The position numbers and the translations under genes are program-made. Shown piece after piece: positions 28,679 through 38,954 of a DNA stretch of 64,000 nucleotides. A model generated the notes under the pieces. That model did no database searches. It was not told the origin of the DNA and saw only the letters and a program-made list of their open reading frames with translations. This stretch comes from Spirochaetia bacterium (GTDB lineage: Bacteria; Spirochaetota; Spirochaetia; SZUA-6; Bin103). Position 1 is the first letter of the stretch; every line of letters begins with the position of its first letter. The DNA is taken from NCBI GenBank assembly GCA_965203905.1, contig CBDBDQ010000005.1, positions 6,240,001-6,304,000 of the forward strand, written 5' to 3'.

Positions 28679-29692
28679 GTGACCGACCTGGTCAATGCGG
28701 TGGTGCTGCTGGCCAACTTCGTGCTGGTGCCCGCCACCGTGTACGGCTGCCAGCTCGCGCTCGGCGCGCTGGGGGTCACGCTGGTGTACGGCGTGCTGCG
28801 GTTCTCCAACTTCGCGCACGGCGAGACCATGGCCTTCGGCACCATGGCCACCATCCTGGTAACCTGGCTGCTGCAGTCGGGGGAGGTCGGCTTCGGCCCC
28901 CTGCCGACCGCGCTGCTGGCCCTGCCCGCGGGGATGGTGGCCGGCGCCGGCCTGTGCCTGGTGACCGATCGCTGGGTGTACCGCTTCTACCGCAGCAAGA
29001 AGGCGGCGCCGGTGATCCTGATGGTGGCCTCGGTGGGAATCATGTTCGTGCTCAATGGGCTCATACGCTTTGTGATCGGCCCCGACGACCAGGTATTCAC
29101 CGACGGCACCCGGTTCGTGGTCAGCGTGCGCCAGTTCAAGGAAGCCACCGGGCTGCGCGAGGGCCTGGCGATCAAGACCACGCAGACTATCACGGTCGCG
29201 GTGACGGCGCTCCTGGTGCTGTGGCTGTTCTGGTTCCTCGGCAGGACTCGGACCGGCAAGTCGATGCGCGCCTACTCGGACAACGAGGACCTGGCGCTGC
29301 TCTCCGGCATCAATCCTGAGCGGGTGGTGGCGGTCACCTGGATCATCGTCGGCGCGCTCGCCGCGGTGGCCGGCACGCTCTACGGCCTGGACAAGAGCTT
29401 CAAGCCGTTCGTCTACCTGTCGCTGCTGCTGCCGATCTTCGCCGCCGCCATCGTCGGCGGCCTGGGCAGCCCGCTCGGCGCCATCGCGGGCGGCTTCGTG
29501 GTGGCATTCTCGGAGGTGCTGCTCACCTACCCCTACAAGAAGTTTCTCGGTTACCTGGGTCCCGAGGGCTGGCGCCCGGAGGGCCTGGTGCAGTTGCTCT
29601 CCACCGACTACAAGTTCGCCGTCTCGTTCGGCATCCTGGTCGTGGTGTTGCTGGTGCGGCCCACCGGCATCTTCGGCGGCAGGTCCACGTGA
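28679..29692 (+). CDS. LivH-like ABC permease
   Basis: NFAHGE, TRTGKSMRA, AIVGGLG, RPTG. Confidence 0.92.
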   Translation: MTDLVNAVVLLANFVLVPATVYGCQLALGALGVTLVYGVLRFSNFAHGETMAFGTMATILVTWLLQSGEVGFGPLPTALLALPAGMVAGAGLCLVTDRWVYRFYRSKKAAPVILMVASVGIMFVLNGLIRFVIGPDDQVFTDGTRFVVSVRQFKEATGLREGLAIKTTQTITVAVTALLVLWLFWFLGRTRTGKSMRAYSDNEDLALLSGINPERVVAVTWIIVGALAAVAGTLYGLDKSFKPFVYLSLLLPIFAAAIVGGLGSPLGAIAGGFVVAFSEVLLTYPYKKFLGYLGPEGWRPEGLVQLLSTDYKFAVSFGILVVVLLVRPTGIFGGRST

Positions 29693-31023
29693 GGGGGCGA
29701 GACGGTGCGTGGCTGGCGCGGGTTCCCCGCAAGCCGGTCCTGTTCGCGGCAATGGCGGCGCTGGTCTGCCTGGTGGGCCTGGTGCAGAGCTGGTCGCTGG
29801 CCCTGGCGATCCTCAACCTGTGTCTGATCTCGGCGATCATGACGCTTGGCGTCAACATCCAGTGGGGCTACGCGGGCCTGTTCAACGCCGGCGTGATGGG
29901 CTTCGCCGCCCTCGGCGGGCTGGCTGGCGTCCTGGTCTCCATGCCGCCGGTGGCCGCAGCCTGGCGCGCGGGTGGCGGCGGCGTCGTGGTGGGGCTGGCG
30001 CTGGCGGCGCTCACCGTGCTCGCGGTGCTCTTCGTCCGCCGCCGTCTCGGCAAGCCGTGGCAACGGCGGCTGGCGGTGGCGTTGCTGGTGCTCGGCGGTG
30101 CCCTGGCGGCGCGCGCCGTGTTCGCGCCGGCGGTGCAGGCCGTCGAGGCGATCGATCCCACCGTCACCGGCTACCTGGGCGGTCTCGGCCTTCCCATCAT
30201 CCTGGCCTGGCTGGTGGGGGGCGCGTTCGCCGCCGGCGCAGCCTGGGTCTGCAAGATCAGCCTCAGCCTGCGTTCCGATTACCTGGCGATCGCCACCCTG
30301 GGCATCGCCGAGATCATCGTCGCCATCCTCAAGTACGAGGATTGGCTGACGCGCGGGGTGAAGAACGTCACCGGCCTGCCGCGGCCGGTTCCCTACGAGG
30401 TCGATCTGCAGAACGCGGCGTGGTTCCAGGAGTGGGCCGCGGCGCTCGGCGTACCGGAGGTGGTGCTGTCCTCTATCGTCGTCAAGCTCTGCTACGCGGG
30501 ACTGTTCCTGCTCGTGCTGGCAGTCCTGACCTTGCTGTCCGAGACCGCCTTGCGCTCGCCCTGGGGCCGCATGATGCGCGCCATCCGGGACAATGAGATC
30601 GCCGCCGGCGCGATGGGCAAGGACGTAACCGCGCGCCATCTGCAGGTGTTCGTGCTCGGCTCGGCGGTGATCGGCATCGCCGGTGCCATGCTGACCACGC
30701 TCGACGGCCAGTTCACCCCCGCCTCCTACCAGCCGATGCGCTTCACCTTTCTCATCTGGGTGATGGTGATCGTGGGCGGTTCGGGCAACAACTGGGGCGC
30801 CGTGCTCGGCGGCTTCCTGGTCTGGTACGTGTGGATCCAGGCCGAGCCCGTCGGCCTGCAACTGATGCAACTGGCCACCTCACCCCTGGAAGCGGAAAGC
30901 GCGCTCAAGGCCCACCTCCTGTCCAGCGCGCCCCACATGCGCCCCGTGGTGATGGGCCTGGTCCTGCTGCTGGTCCTGCGCTTCGCACCGCGCGGCCTGA
31001 TCCCCGAGGAGCGCCGCCAATAA
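29689..31023 (+). CDS. LivM-like ABC permease
   Basis: WGYAGLFN, LRSDYLAIATLG, SPWGRMMRAIRDNE. Confidence 0.92.
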   Translation: MRGRDGAWLARVPRKPVLFAAMAALVCLVGLVQSWSLALAILNLCLISAIMTLGVNIQWGYAGLFNAGVMGFAALGGLAGVLVSMPPVAAAWRAGGGGVVVGLALAALTVLAVLFVRRRLGKPWQRRLAVALLVLGGALAARAVFAPAVQAVEAIDPTVTGYLGGLGLPIILAWLVGGAFAAGAAWVCKISLSLRSDYLAIATLGIAEIIVAILKYEDWLTRGVKNVTGLPRPVPYEVDLQNAAWFQEWAAALGVPEVVLSSIVVKLCYAGLFLLVLAVLTLLSETALRSPWGRMMRAIRDNEIAAGAMGKDVTARHLQVFVLGSAVIGIAGAMLTTLDGQFTPASYQPMRFTFLIWVMVIVGGSGNNWGAVLGGFLVWYVWIQAEPVGLQLMQLATSPLEAESALKAHLLSSAPHMRPVVMGLVLLLVLRFAPRGLIPEERRQ

Positions 31024-31033
31024 GCGCGCGGCG

Positions 31034-31911
31034 TTACTCGAGCGCGTTCCAGCGCGAGGGCGCGATGCCGGCGCTGCTGCGGTCCAGGTCGTCGGGGCGG
31101 TTCCGGATGTCGTAGGCGATGCGGCGGGTGTTGGGATCCCGGAAAGGGGCCGCGCCGCCGGGGGCAGTGTCGCCAGTTTCTGTTCGTTCCACGGGGCGAC
31201 ATCCGCCATCGGTCCGGCCCAGGCGGGTCGGTAGGCAATCGCCAGCAGGCGCCGGTCGCGATCCGAGTAGTTGGGGAAGTTGCCGTGGAACACCCGCTGG
31301 TTGATGACCACCGCGGACCCCGCGCCGCAGGTCACCATCACCTCCTCCTCGTGGCGCAGGAAGCGGTGGTAGGGATTCGCGTCCGCGTGCAGCGACAGGT
31401 GTGAGCGCGGCACCACCTTGAACGGCGAGCACTCCGGGGTCAGGTCGTCCAGGTAGTAGAGCACCCGCATCAGCACCGGAGAGGTGGACAGGCCGCCGGC
31501 GACGCGGGAGCCGTACGGCTGGGCGTCGGTGTGGATCACGATGCCCGGGTGTCCGGGCTCGCAGACCTGGTAGTCGATCGAGGTGAACAGCACCTCGTCC
31601 CCGAACAGGCGCTCCAGAAAAGCGATCGTGGGCGGCAGGGCAATCGTCTCCAGCGTCTGCGGCAAGTCGCGGCCCAGCAGATCGCCGGCCGACTTCTTGT
31701 GCGGCGAGTAGTCGGTGGCGGTGAGCGGTACCGCGGCCAGCTCCGCGCCGACAGCGTGAATCCGCTCCGGCTGCAGGAGGTCGGGCAGCAACAGGTAGCC
31801 CTCCAGCTCCAGGTAGCGGATGCGCTCGCCGGCGGTCAGTGCACTCCAGTCGACGCCGGGCCGGCGCGCGCCGGCGATCTCACTGCGTTCGTTGGTGTTG
31901 CGGATGTCCAT
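31034..31911 (-). CDS. Phytanoyl-CoA dioxygenase (PhyH) family protein with a 1-bp frameshift near 31145
   Basis: IHTD, YYLDD, VPRSH, FHGN. The plausible C-terminus (FRDPNTRR...SRWNALE*) is in the 31034..31432 frame. Confidence 0.82.
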
Positions 31912-31967
31912 GCAGCCAGCCCTCCCTGGGTGATGCGTCTCGATCCACGCGGTATGATTCCGCGCCG

Positions 31968-32459
31968 CTAGCAGCGCACGCAGCGCCAGTCGAGCGCATG
32001 GTCGTTGGCGTAGGGCATATAACCATGAAACGGACGCGGGTCATCGTCGAACACCATGTGCAGGAAGTAGCGGTCGCCCTCCCACAGCGGCAGCGACTCG
32101 ATGGCGTCGATGGGGTGCCACTCCAGGTCCCCCTCGGGATTGCGTGTGCGCGGCTCGCCGTCGAAGTGGTCGATGCGAAAGATGAAGCCGAGCCAGTCCT
32201 CCCCGCGCGGCCCGAAGCCGGTCCAGTTGATAGTGCCGCGCAGCGTCATGGCGCGGCACTCGATTCCGGCCTCTTCCCGGATCTCCCGACGCATGCAGGT
32301 GGCGACGTCCTCGCGCGGCTCCATCTTGCCGCCGAGGCCGTTGTACTTTCCCAGGTGATCGTCATCCTCACGCGCGTTGCGGTGCACCAGCAGCGTCTTG
32401 CGGCGGTCGGGCGAGACCACGTAGCCCAGGGTCCCCACGATCGGTGTATACACGCTCAC
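31968..32459 (-). CDS. NUDIX hydrolase (8-oxo-dGTP diphosphatase-like)
   Basis: GGKMEPRED...MRREIREEAG Nudix box; EGDLEW, LWEGD. Confidence 0.9.
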   Translation of the reverse strand: MSVYTPIVGTLGYVVSPDRRKTLLVHRNAREDDDHLGKYNGLGGKMEPREDVATCMRREIREEAGIECRAMTLRGTINWTGFGPRGEDWLGFIFRIDHFDGEPRTRNPEGDLEWHPIDAIESLPLWEGDRYFLHMVFDDDPRPFHGYMPYANDHALDWRCVRC

Positions 32460-32559
32460 GCGGCATGCATACGGCGTGACGGGCGCCACGTCAACCGCAC
32501 CCGCGCAATCGTGCGGCCGGCACCGCCCGCAGCGCCCCGCGCGCTCCCCTCCCCCGTCC

Positions 32560-32991
32560 ATGGCGCCGGCTGCTGAGACCGCGGGCACGGCGCCCGACCC
32601 CGGCCGGCGCCGGTTCCTCTCCTGGCTGCCGCTGAAGCTGCTGGACCTGGTGGCCCTGCTGTTCTCGGTGGGCGTCGCCGGCGCCATTACCCGCTGGGTG
32701 CTCGGCGCGCAACGCGGGCGGCCGATCATCAGGGTGACCTCCGCCGATGCCGCCTGGCTGCTGCGTCCCGACACCGACCAGGTGCTGGAAGTCGCCGGCC
32801 CGTTGGGCAACAACCGCATCGTGGTGCGAGACGGCAGCGTGTTCGTGGAGTCCGCCCCCTGCGCCAACCAGATCTGCGTCAAGAGCGGCCGCGTGTCGCG
32901 TCCTGGCCAGTGGATCGCGTGCCTGCCCAACCGCGTGTTCGTGGCGGTGGAAGGCGGACCCGACGAGCAGATCGACGCCCGCAGCTATTAG
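32560..32991 (+). CDS. NusG domain II-containing membrane protein
   Basis: TM helix, then GPLG..I.V, SAPCANQICV, IACLPNRV. Confidence 0.85.
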   Translation: MAPAAETAGTAPDPGRRRFLSWLPLKLLDLVALLFSVGVAGAITRWVLGAQRGRPIIRVTSADAAWLLRPDTDQVLEVAGPLGNNRIVVRDGSVFVESAPCANQICVKSGRVSRPGQWIACLPNRVFVAVEGGPDEQIDARSY

Positions 32992-33059
32992 CATGGAGCA
33001 TGAGGAAGCATGGTCGGGAAGCTTGCCCGACAGCGCGCCAAGCCCATAGGATGGGGCCG

Positions 33060-33773
33060 ATGAGCGATCGGGAACAACGCGAGTTCTTCCAGCGCCACGG
33101 GTACGTGATCGTCGAAGGCCATCTGCCTCCGGCGCGCCTCGCGGCGCTGCGCACGGCGGTGGAGGAGCTCTACGCCGCCGAGGGGGCACGCGCCGGTTGG
33201 GAGCAGCCGGCGGTGGCGCCGTTCGTGCGCCGCCTGTGCAACCTGTTCAGCAAGGGGGACCTGTTCGTGGAGCTGGCCACCGACCCGCTGGTGCTGGAAT
33301 ACGCCGAGCTGGTGATCGGCCGTCCGGTGCGCTGGCACGCCATGAACGCGCACGATCCCCTTGCCGGCCACCGTCATCCCCACCAAGCGATCCACGCCGA
33401 CCGCCAGCACTGGCCGCAGATGCCCGCGTACTTCAACGTGCTGTGGGCGCTGGACGACATCACCGCCGAGAACGGGGCGACGCGGCTGGTGCCGGACTCC
33501 CACCGGCGGCCGTTTCCCGCCGCCGTGCTGGATAATCCGCTGGCCGCGGTGGAAGGCGAAGTGCTGGCCATCTGTCCCGCGGGCTCCGCGATCATGGTGC
33601 ACGGCGACACCTGGCACGGCGCCCGCGCCAACCGCAGCGCCGGCCACCGGCGCATGCTGCACCTCGGATACGCCGCGTCGGGCAGCCCCACGCAGTACGC
33701 GATCGGCCCCACGCTGGCGCCGGAGCTGCGCCGCAGGCTGGCGCCGCTGTCCGACCGGCTGGAGCTGCCCTGA
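33060..33773 (+). CDS. Phytanoyl-CoA dioxygenase (PhyH) family protein
   Basis: FFQRHGY, IHAD, LDDITAENGATRLVPDSH, WHGARAN. Confidence 0.9.
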   Translation: MSDREQREFFQRHGYVIVEGHLPPARLAALRTAVEELYAAEGARAGWEQPAVAPFVRRLCNLFSKGDLFVELATDPLVLEYAELVIGRPVRWHAMNAHDPLAGHRHPHQAIHADRQHWPQMPAYFNVLWALDDITAENGATRLVPDSHRRPFPAAVLDNPLAAVEGEVLAICPAGSAIMVHGDTWHGARANRSAGHRRMLHLGYAASGSPTQYAIGPTLAPELRRRLAPLSDRLELP

Positions 33774-33781
33774 CGGCCGCC

Positions 33782-34861
33782 ATGCGACTGGTTACCCTGA
33801 TCCTTGCCGGCGGCAGCGGCACGCGGCTGTGGCCCGCCTCGCGCACCGCCACCCCCAAGCAGTACCTGAGCTTCGACGGCGGTCCCAGCTACCTGCAGCA
33901 GGCCCTGCTGCGCGCCCGGGCGGTCGCCTCCGACCTGGTCGTGGTGGTGACCGCGGAGGACCAGGTGGAAGCGGTGGCAACGCAGCACGCCGCGCTGGGC
34001 GCGGCCACCGGTGGCGAGTCATGCTGCATCGTCGGGGAACCGGCGGCGCGCAACACCGCCCCCGCCATAGCCCTGGGCGCCCGCGTCGCGGCCCGGCTCA
34101 GCGGCTCCGCCGCCGCCGACCTGGCGCTGCTGGTGCTGTCGTCGGACCACGCCATCGAGCCGGAGCAGGCGTTCGTCAACGACGTGCGCGCCGCTCAGCG
34201 GCTGGCGCAGCAGGGCTGGCTGACCACCTTCGGCATCCGGCCGACGCGCCCGGAGACCGGCTACGGCTACCTGGAGCTGGGGGAGGAGCTGAGCGACGGC
34301 TTCCAGGTCGCGGCGTTCCGCGAGAAGCCGGACCACGAGACCGCCACCCGCTTTCTTGCCGCGGGAGGGTTCCTGTGGAACGCCGGCATCTTCCTGTTTC
34401 CCCTAACACTGCTAAATACCGAGCTGCAGCGCCACGCAGCGGAGGTCGCGACCGCGTTGCAGCGGACGGAAGTGCCGCTGCCGGCCGCGGGCCGGGCGCC
34501 GGCGATCGTGGCGCCCACCCCCGCGCTGCGCGCCGCCTACCGGGATCTCGAGGCCATCTCGATCGACTACGCGCTGATGGAGCGGAGCAACCGGGTGGCG
34601 GCGGTGCGCGCCTCGTTTCGCTGGAGCGACGTCGGGAGCTGGGACGAGCTGGCCCGGATCGCCACCGGCGACGCCCCGGTCGCGCAGACCGAGGCGCACG
34701 GCAACACCGTGTTCAGCGATCTCCCGGTGGTGCTGGCGGGGGTCGACGACCTGGTGGTGGTGGTCAAGAACGGCGCCGTGCTGGTGACCCGCAAGGGGCG
34801 TACGCAGCTGGTACGCGACGCCGTGGAGGGGCTGCGCGAGCGGCGCCCCGACCTGCTGTAA
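33782..34861 (+). CDS. manC: Mannose-1-phosphate guanylyltransferase
   Basis: LAGGSGTRLWP, EPAARNTAPA, PETGYGY, FREKPD, SIDYA, WSDVGSW. Confidence 0.9.
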   Translation: MRLVTLILAGGSGTRLWPASRTATPKQYLSFDGGPSYLQQALLRARAVASDLVVVVTAEDQVEAVATQHAALGAATGGESCCIVGEPAARNTAPAIALGARVAARLSGSAAADLALLVLSSDHAIEPEQAFVNDVRAAQRLAQQGWLTTFGIRPTRPETGYGYLELGEELSDGFQVAAFREKPDHETATRFLAAGGFLWNAGIFLFPLTLLNTELQRHAAEVATALQRTEVPLPAAGRAPAIVAPTPALRAAYRDLEAISIDYALMERSNRVAAVRASFRWSDVGSWDELARIATGDAPVAQTEAHGNTVFSDLPVVLAGVDDLVVVVKNGAVLVTRKGRTQLVRDAVEGLRERRPDLL

Positions 34862-34949
34862 CAGCCCCGAGGACCCGTGACCGACTGGGTGCGCGTGATT
34901 CGCGGCGCCGCTCGCTGAGCCTGAGCGCCGGGTGCGCCGCGGGCTGTTA
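34859..34949. terminator. Inverted repeat between convergent genes (possible bidirectional terminator)
   Basis: TAACAGCCC ... GGGCTGTTA, each arm containing one stop codon. Confidence 0.4.
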
Positions 34950-35237
34950 GACCCAGGAAATGTGCTCGATCTCGCGCGCCAGGGCGATGTCCTTGGCAGT
35001 TACCCTGTTGCCGGCATCGTGCGTGGCCAGCGTTATCCGTACCCGGCTGTAGACGTTCCACAACTCTGGGTGATGGTTCGCCGCCTCCGCGGCGAAGGCG
35101 ATGCGCACGATGAAGGACACCGCCTCCCGGAAGTTGGAGAAGGCGTAGGTCTTGGTGATCGTGTCGCCATCCGCTTCCCACCCCGGCAGTTCCGCCAGCG
35201 CAGCGCTCAATTGTTGGGTATCCAGGGGCTCAGCCAT
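34947..35237 (-). CDS. Pterin-4-alpha-carbinolamine dehydratase
   Basis: AEAANHHPE, LATHDAG, KDIALA. Confidence 0.93.
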   Translation of the reverse strand: MAEPLDTQQLSAALAELPGWEADGDTITKTYAFSNFREAVSFIVRIAFAAEAANHHPELWNVYSRVRITLATHDAGNRVTAKDIALAREIEHISWV

Positions 35238-35733
35238 CGGTTCCTCCTTCGGCAGCCACGACCGAACGTGGCTCCTGACCCTCGATCAGCATACGTACTT
35301 CGCGCAGGCCGGGAAAGTTGTAGTGAATGGCGTCGGCCAGTGCCTGCAGCCGCTCGCCACCGCTGCTGGGAACCGGAGTCGGTTCGAACCACGCGTGGCG
35401 CGACAGGTTCAGGTACGCCGTGGCATCGTGGACGTGGGCGGAGATCACCTCCGCTGCACGTGGCAGGATACGGTGCGCCCGGTGATCCGCCGGCCCCAGA
35501 ATGGTCTCCTCCACCAGCACCCGCAGGTCGCCGCCGGCATCTGCTCGGTACGGCACGTATCGCACCTCACCCATCAGCCGCAATGGCCCGCCGGTTCCGG
35601 ACAGCTCGGGAAAAAACAGGACGCGGCGCTCTCTACCGGAAGTGGACGGCTGCACCATGAACACGCTGTAGCCGAGCACCGCCACCCACAACAGGGCGGC
35701 AACACGGGCTAACGCTCGGCTGCCGCCGCTCAT
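35230..35733 (-). CDS. GerMN-like domain membrane protein
   Basis: N-terminal TM, LFFP, EETILGP, AYLNLS, VRMLIEG; downstream of the amidase. Confidence 0.6.
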   Translation of the reverse strand: MSGGSRALARVAALLWVAVLGYSVFMVQPSTSGRERRVLFFPELSGTGGPLRLMGEVRYVPYRADAGGDLRVLVEETILGPADHRAHRILPRAAEVISAHVHDATAYLNLSRHAWFEPTPVPSSGGERLQALADAIHYNFPGLREVRMLIEGQEPRSVVAAEGGTDG

Positions 35734-36791
35734 TCAGAGTCGCTCTCCTCGTACATGGTCACGAACGCCGCTACCGCACTGTAGATCGCCTCCGCGAGCG
35801 TGTGCAAGTAGTCGGAGTCGAGCAGCAGCGCGGCTTCCCGCTTGTTGGTGGCAAAGCCGAGCTCGATCAACACCGCCGGCATCTTGGCGTTGCGCACCAC
35901 GAACCACGACTCTTCGCGCACCCCGCGATTGATGCTGCGGTCGCCGACCCGGTGCTGGAAGTGGTCCACGATGGTCTGCGCCAGGAGCTGCGAGTCGCGG
36001 GAGAACTCCTCCTCCTGCACGGTATTGAGGATAGGCTTCAGTTGCGGCGACTTGGCCGCGGAGCTGCCGGGGAGAATCACGTCGCGCCGAAAGTCCTCGG
36101 GCAGGTACCACACCTCGAAGCCGCGGGCGACCTTGCTGAGCGACGCGTTGGCGTGGACGGATATGAAGATGACCGCTTCACCGGTCTCCCGGAGCAGGTT
36201 GTTGGCCAGCTCGGTGCGCTGCTCCAGGGTCAGGTAGCGGTCGTCGCTCCGGGTGAGGACCACGCGCTTGTCCGGATAGCGCGCACTCAGCAGACGGTGC
36301 AACGCCAGGCTGGTCTCCAGCACGATCTCCTTCTCGCGCAGGTGGACCTTGCGATCCCCGAAGTAGTGGGTTCCACTGCCGCCGGGATCCTTGCCCCCGT
36401 GTCCGGGATCGATCAGGATGGCGCCGATCTTGTGCACCGGAGCCGTGTCGGCACCCCTCAGGAGCAGGCGCAACTGCTCGGCCCCGGGTGCCGTCAACAG
36501 CACCGCACCCGAGCTGCGCACGATGTCGCCGACGAACAGCGGCCTGGCGCGATCGACCAGCACCCAGGGCGTACCCACCCGCAGCGCCACCTGGTGGTGC
36601 TCGGAGGCCAGCACCCCCATCTGCCGGATCGGGTTCCACTCCAGCACCGCCCCGAGCTCCTGCGTCAGGGCGAGCAGGTCAACGTGCTCATCCTGCGAGG
36701 AGGTCCCCGGCGCTGCGACGGCTCCGCTGCCGGCCACCAGTACGCCAAGGAACGCCACCAGACCTGCCGCCCACCACGCTCGCCGCATCAT
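35730..36791 (-). CDS. N-acetylmuramoyl-L-alanine amidase (Amidase_3)
   Basis: IDPGHGGKDPG, LTRSDD, ISVHAN, AVLIELGF. Confidence 0.94.
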   Translation of the reverse strand: MMRRAWWAAGLVAFLGVLVAGSGAVAAPGTSSQDEHVDLLALTQELGAVLEWNPIRQMGVLASEHHQVALRVGTPWVLVDRARPLFVGDIVRSSGAVLLTAPGAEQLRLLLRGADTAPVHKIGAILIDPGHGGKDPGGSGTHYFGDRKVHLREKEIVLETSLALHRLLSARYPDKRVVLTRSDDRYLTLEQRTELANNLLRETGEAVIFISVHANASLSKVARGFEVWYLPEDFRRDVILPGSSAAKSPQLKPILNTVQEEEFSRDSQLLAQTIVDHFQHRVGDRSINRGVREESWFVVRNAKMPAVLIELGFATNKREAALLLDSDYLHTLAEAIYSAVAAFVTMYEESDSE

Positions 36792-36901
36792 GCGCCGGGA
36801 CCTGCCGCAACCCGGTTGTCCATCATCGTCATTATCGTCCGGTTGGCGGGCTCCCCTGAGAAGCGCCCGTACGGCGCTTGTGTCGAGCCGGGGGCGCGTC
36901 T

Positions 36902-38209
36902 ATGCTCGCCGACGTGAGGTCATGGCCGCAGGGTCCCAGGCAGTCCGCGGTCGCCGGCGAGCGGCGGGCGTTCACCGTCTCCGAGCTCACGCGCCGCATC
37001 CGCGGCCTGCTCGAGGGCCGGTTCCCCAACGTCGTGGTGGAGGGAGAGGTAAGCGGGTTCCGGCCCTCCAGCACCGGGCACTACTACTTCAACCTGGTAG
37101 ACCGGGAAGCGACCCTGGGAGTGGCCCTGTTCAAGAATCGCCACTACCTCCTGACCTTCATCCCGGCCGACGGCATGCTGGTGCGCGTCCGCGGCGCCAT
37201 CTCCGTGTACGGCCCCCGCGGGAGCTACCAGCTCATCGCCGAGAGCATCGAGCGCGCCGGCTCCGGTGACCTGCTGGCCATTCTCGAGGAACGCAAGCGC
37301 GCCCTTGCCGCGGCAGGTCTGTTCGACAGCGCGCGCAAGCGTCGGCTGCCGCTGTTGCCGCGCCGGGTGGCCGTGGTCACCTCCCCCACCGGTGCGGCGG
37401 TGCGCGATCTGCTGCGGGTGCTGGGGCGCCGCAATGCCGGCGTCGACGTGGTGATCGTGCCGACACCGGTGCAGGGTCCCGATGCCGCCGCGCGCATCGC
37501 CCGCGGGGTGCGCACCGCCGACCGCTGGCGCCTTGGCGACGTGATCATCGTCACCCGCGGCGGTGGCTCGCTGGAGGATCTGCTGCCGTTCTCGGATGAA
37601 CGGGTGGTGCGCGCCATCGCGGCCGCCACCACCCCCGTAATCTCGGCGGTCGGCCACGAAGTCGACAGCGCCCTCAGCGACTACGCCGCCGATCACCGCG
37701 CCCCTACCCCTTCCGCAGCCGCCGAGGTGGTGGCGGCATCGCGCAACGAGCTGCAGCGCCGGGTCGCGGCGTTGCGCGCCAACCTCGGGGTGGCGCTGGA
37801 AGCGCGCGCGCAGCGCCATCGCGCCCTGCTGGAGCGGTTCCGCCCCGACAGCCTGGAGCGCAGCCTGCGGCTGGCCCTGCACCCCGTGCAGCAGCGCGTA
37901 GACGAAGCGCGCGCCGTGCTGTGCCACGCAACGGCCGAGCGCGTCCGGACGCTGCGTCACCGGCTGGAGCTGGCGGCGCACGGCGTGGAGGTGGCCTCAC
38001 CACGCGCCGTCCTGCGGCGCGGGTATGCCGTGGTCACCGATGTAGCCACAGGTAGCTACGTAACCGCGGCGAGCCAGGTGCGGCCGGCGCGGGAGGTACG
38101 GGTCCAGCTTCATCGGAGCGCCTTTCGCGCCACGGTAACGGCGATCGACGCCGCCGGCACGGCGACCGAGCCGGAGACGGCGGGGGAGAGCACGAATGGC
38201 GACCTTTGA
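36902..38209 (+). CDS. xseA: Exodeoxyribonuclease VII large subunit
   Basis: TVSEL, VEGEVS, GHYYF, VTSPTGAA, RGGGSLEDL, GHEVD, TPSAAAE. Confidence 0.95.
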   Translation: MLADVRSWPQGPRQSAVAGERRAFTVSELTRRIRGLLEGRFPNVVVEGEVSGFRPSSTGHYYFNLVDREATLGVALFKNRHYLLTFIPADGMLVRVRGAISVYGPRGSYQLIAESIERAGSGDLLAILEERKRALAAAGLFDSARKRRLPLLPRRVAVVTSPTGAAVRDLLRVLGRRNAGVDVVIVPTPVQGPDAAARIARGVRTADRWRLGDVIIVTRGGGSLEDLLPFSDERVVRAIAAATTPVISAVGHEVDSALSDYAADHRAPTPSAAAEVVAASRNELQRRVAALRANLGVALEARAQRHRALLERFRPDSLERSLRLALHPVQQRVDEARAVLCHATAERVRTLRHRLELAAHGVEVASPRAVLRRGYAVVTDVATGSYVTAASQVRPAREVRVQLHRSAFRATVTAIDAAGTATEPETAGESTNGDL

Positions 38210-38456
38210 GGAGCGTCTGCAACGCCTGGAGCAACTGGGCAACGAGTTACGCCAGGGCAACCTGCCGATCGATCAGGCGATGGCCCGGTTCGAGGAGGGC
38301 ATCACGCTGGCGCGAGCACTGGAACGTGACCTGTCGAAGATCGAGCGCCGGATCGAGATCCTGGTCAACCAGCCCGAGCACAGCGGCGCCACGCCCACCC
38401 TGGAACCGTTCCCCGGCGTGGACGCCGCCGAGCCGGACCGACCGCTCCCGCAGTGA
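38196..38456 (+). CDS. xseB: Exodeoxyribonuclease VII small subunit
   Basis: FEERLQRLE...FEEG...L; follows xseA. Confidence 0.92.
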   Translation: MATFEERLQRLEQLGNELRQGNLPIDQAMARFEEGITLARALERDLSKIERRIEILVNQPEHSGATPTLEPFPGVDAAEPDRPLPQ

Positions 38457-38470
38457 CGGCCAAATCGCGG

Positions 38471-38911
38471 TCAACGCAGCCTGGCGGGTAGCTCCACCAG
38501 GTCTCCCACCGCCACTCCGGCCCGTTCGAAGGCTCCCTGGTTCACCTCCAGGGCGAAGCGCGCCGGGACCTGCGACGAGACCGGCACCTCGGAGAAGGGA
38601 ACCATGTCGGTGATTTGCACGATCACGCCACGCGCATCGATGAACGCGATGGAGAGCGGCAGCGGCGTATTGCGCATCCAGAAGGTGAGCACCTTCTCCT
38701 GGTCGAACACGAACAGCATCCCCTCACGCTCGCCGAGCCGGTCGCGGTACATCAACCCCTCGCGGCGTTGGTCCGGAGTAACCGCCAGCTCGACGTCGAA
38801 CTGCTCCCCGGCGACGGTGAGCCGGATGCGTCCTTCGTCGGTGCTGCAGGCGGCGGCCACGACGCCCAGCCACGCCACCAGGAGCAGGACCGGAATACGG
38901 CAACGGAGCAC
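38471..38911 (-). CDS. DUF192 domain protein
   Basis: GLMYR, GMLFVF, FWMRNTPLPLSIAF, ALEVNQG. Confidence 0.9.
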   Translation of the reverse strand: MLRCRIPVLLLVAWLGVVAAACSTDEGRIRLTVAGEQFDVELAVTPDQRREGLMYRDRLGEREGMLFVFDQEKVLTFWMRNTPLPLSIAFIDARGVIVQITDMVPFSEVPVSSQVPARFALEVNQGAFERAGVAVGDLVELPARLR

Positions 38912-38954
38912 CGCGGCACCGCGCCATCTGTTATGCTGGATGGGACTCCCTACC

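Noticed and set aside
34395-34425. Short patches of A/T-ending codons in manC (also xseA ~38040-38065 and coxL ~41965-41990)
   Set aside because: Frames stay intact and the patches are too short to distinguish from drift or consensus noise.
34855-34952. attC-like site (TAAC...GTTAGAC)
   Set aside because: Arms pair directly without the attC spacer/L-box pattern, the flanks are convergent housekeeping genes, and there is no integrase or second site.
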